Assembly: GCA_035084275.1 (NCBI GenBank)
Contig: CM068769.1
Location: forward strand, 2,046,001 to 2,110,000
DNA from: Hydrolagus colliei
Lineage: Eukaryota
Direction: 5' to 3'
Length of the DNA stretch: 64,000 bases
The notes under the pieces are model-generated. The model had not been told where the DNA came from and made no database searches. It saw only the letters and a program-made list of their open reading frames with translations. The position numbers and the translations under genes were made by a program. Within the stretch, counting starts at the first letter, position 1, and every line of letters begins with the position of its first letter. Positions 61,681 through 64,000 of this stretch are shown here, one piece after another.

Positions 61681-64000
61681 TTCATAGAATCATAGAATCA
61701 TAGAATTTTACGGCACAAAAGGAGGCCATTCGGCCCATCTAGTCTGTGCCGGCTCTTTGAAAAGAGCGATTCAATCCCATTGCCCTGCCCGCTCCCCATA
61801 GCCTAATAGACCCGTTCTCCCTAAATAAAGATCTAATTCCCTTTTAAAAGTTGTTATCGAATCAGCCTCCACCACCTTTTCAGGCAATGCATTCCAGATT
61901 CGAACAACTCGCTGAGTGAAAAAAATTCTCCTCAGCTCCCCTCTACTGCGCCTTGAAACTATTTTAAATCTGTGACCACGAGTCACAGATTCACCCACGA
62001 GTGGAAATCGTTTTTCTCCATTTGCCCTGTCGAAACCCCTCATGATCTTATAAACCTCTATTAGGTCTCCCCTCAATCTTCTCTGCTCCAGAGAGAATAA
62101 CACTAGCCTATCTAGCCTCTCCTCATAGCTGAAGTCCCTCAATCCTGGCACCATCCTAGTAAATCTTCGTTGTACCCTTTCCAATGCCTTCACATCCTTT
62201 CTGTAGTGTGGTGACCAGAATTGAACACAGTATTCCAGCTGAGGCCTCACCAAAGTCCTATAGAGTTTAGTCAGCACTTCCTGACTTTTGTACTCTATTT
62301 ATAAAGCCTAGTATCCCATATGCCTTCTTAACAGCCTTGTCTACCTGTCCTGCCACCTTCAACGAGTCACTAACACAAATCCCCAGGTCTGTCTGTTCCT
62401 TCACACCATTTAAAATTGTACTATCTAGCCTATATTGCCTCCCTTCATTTCTTCTCCCAAAATGCATCACCTCACACTTCTCTGCATTAAACTTCATCTG
62501 CCATGTGTCTGCCCACTTTACCAATTTGTCTATATCCTCTTGCAGATGGCTACTATCCTCCTCACTGTTTACTATTCTCCCTAACTTAGTGTCATCTGCA
62601 AACTTGGAAACTGTACTCCGTACACCCAAGTCCAGATCATTGATGTAGATTACAAACAGCAATGGTCCCAAAACCGATCCCTGTGGCACACCACTGCTCA
62701 CTTCCCTCCAATCTGAAAAACAGCCGCTCACTACAACTCTCTGTTTTCTGTCTCGCAGCCAGTTGTGGATCCACGCTGCCAATGTCCCTTTTACGCCATG
62801 GGCCTTTAATTTCCTAATAAGTCTCTCATGTGGCACTTTGTCAAATGCCTTTTGAAAGTCCATGTAAACTACATCAACTGCGCTACCATTATCCACCCAT
62901 TCCGTTACCTCATCAAAAAATTCTATCAGATTTGTAAGGCAAGATTTGCCTTTAACAAATCCATGTTGACTGTCCTTTATTAGCCTATATCTTTCTAAGT
63001 GAAGATCTACCTTGTCCCTGATTATGGACTCCAGAGGTTTGCCCACTACCGACGTTAGACTGACTGGTCTGTAGTTACCAGGCTTGTCCTTCTGCTCCTT
63101 TTTATACAAGGGAGTAACATTAGCTATCCTCCAGTCCTCTGGCACGACCCCTGTGTCCAAGGAAGTTTGAAAGATCGTGGCCAGAGTCCCTGCTATTTGC
63201 TCCCGTGCCTCACTTAGTAACCTAGGGTGCATCCCATCCGGACCAGGTGACTTATCCACCTTGAGCGACGTCAACCTTTTTAGCACTTCCTCTCTGGTTA
63301 TAATTATTCTATCCATTTCTCCTACCCTCTCCTCTAATACCATGGCATTGGCTGTATCATTTTCTTTTGTGAAGACAGAGGCGAAGTACTCATTCAGTAC
63401 ATCAGCCATGCCCTCTGCCTCCACAATGAGATTTCCTCCTAGGTCCCTAATTGGCCCCACCCTCTCCTTGACCAACCTTTTACTCTTAATATGTTGGTAA
63501 AAAACCTTAGGGTTCCCCTTAATCTTACTCGCTAATTGTTTTTCATGCAGTCTCATTGCCCCTCTAACTTCCTTTTTTAGTTCTATCCTACACGTCCTAT
63601 ATTCTGCTTGGTTCCCTTCTGAATTTTGAGCCTGACACTTATCATAAGCCTCTTTTTTTTGTTTGATTTTGGCCCCGATTTCCTTAGTCATCCAGGGAGG
63701 TTTGGATGCCTTACATTTCACCTTTGTGGGGATGCTTTTGACCTGTACCTGAACTATCTCCTCTTTGAACGCTGCCCACTGCTCGTTAGTTGTCTTACCT
63801 GCCAATTTTTCTTTCCAATCCACCTTGGCTACGTCCCACCTCAACTCATTGAAATTAGCCCTTTTCCAGTTGAGTGTCCTCACCTGTGATCGTTCCTTAT
63901 CCCTTTCCATAATTATTCTGAATCTAACGATATTGTGGTCACTATTCCCTAGATGCTCACCTACAGAAACCTGTTGAGCTTGCCCTACCTCATTTCCCAA
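61681..64000 (-). mobile_element. Young CR1-type LINE (ORF2 RT, 3'UTR, (ATTCTATG)n tail); runs off the window end
   Basis: 577-aa open ORF2 with QGSVLGP and FADD, one frameshift near 62290, and tail repeats at 61681-61705. Same family as the 16-20 kb element. Confidence 0.95.

Overview
Vertebrate genomic DNA, almost certainly from a cartilaginous fish, because it carries NAR-TCR-type V segments; the species cannot be assigned. Bases 1-12.3 kb (+) hold the 3' half of a decayed CD163/SCART/WC1-like scavenger-receptor (SRCR) gene: 7 SRCR exons, stalk, TM and a YDDV-motif tail, with in-frame stops. Bases 24-60 kb (-) hold part of the TCR alpha/delta V array: 11 conventional V segments with 22/23-bp RSS (4 apparently intact with leaders, 6 pseudogenes, 1 leaderless 'supporting' V-delta) plus one NAR-TCR cassette. 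The main observation is the layout of that cassette: leader, NAR-type V (23-RSS), D (12/12-RSS), J (23-RSS), then TWO extra leaderless, non-rearranging, single-exon NAR-type 'V+J pre-joined' exons of 351 bp each, then the supporting V-delta. All splice junctions are phase 1 and in frame, predicting a TCR-delta chain with four stacked V domains and a matching ladder of extra cysteines. Both pre-joined exons keep the RSS heptamer CACAGTG as CDR3 coding sequence. The rest is CR1 and L2 LINEs, a solo LTR, tRNA-derived SINEs, microsatellites and two N gaps. No D-delta/J-delta/C region is visible. All coordinates and translations were derived by hand.
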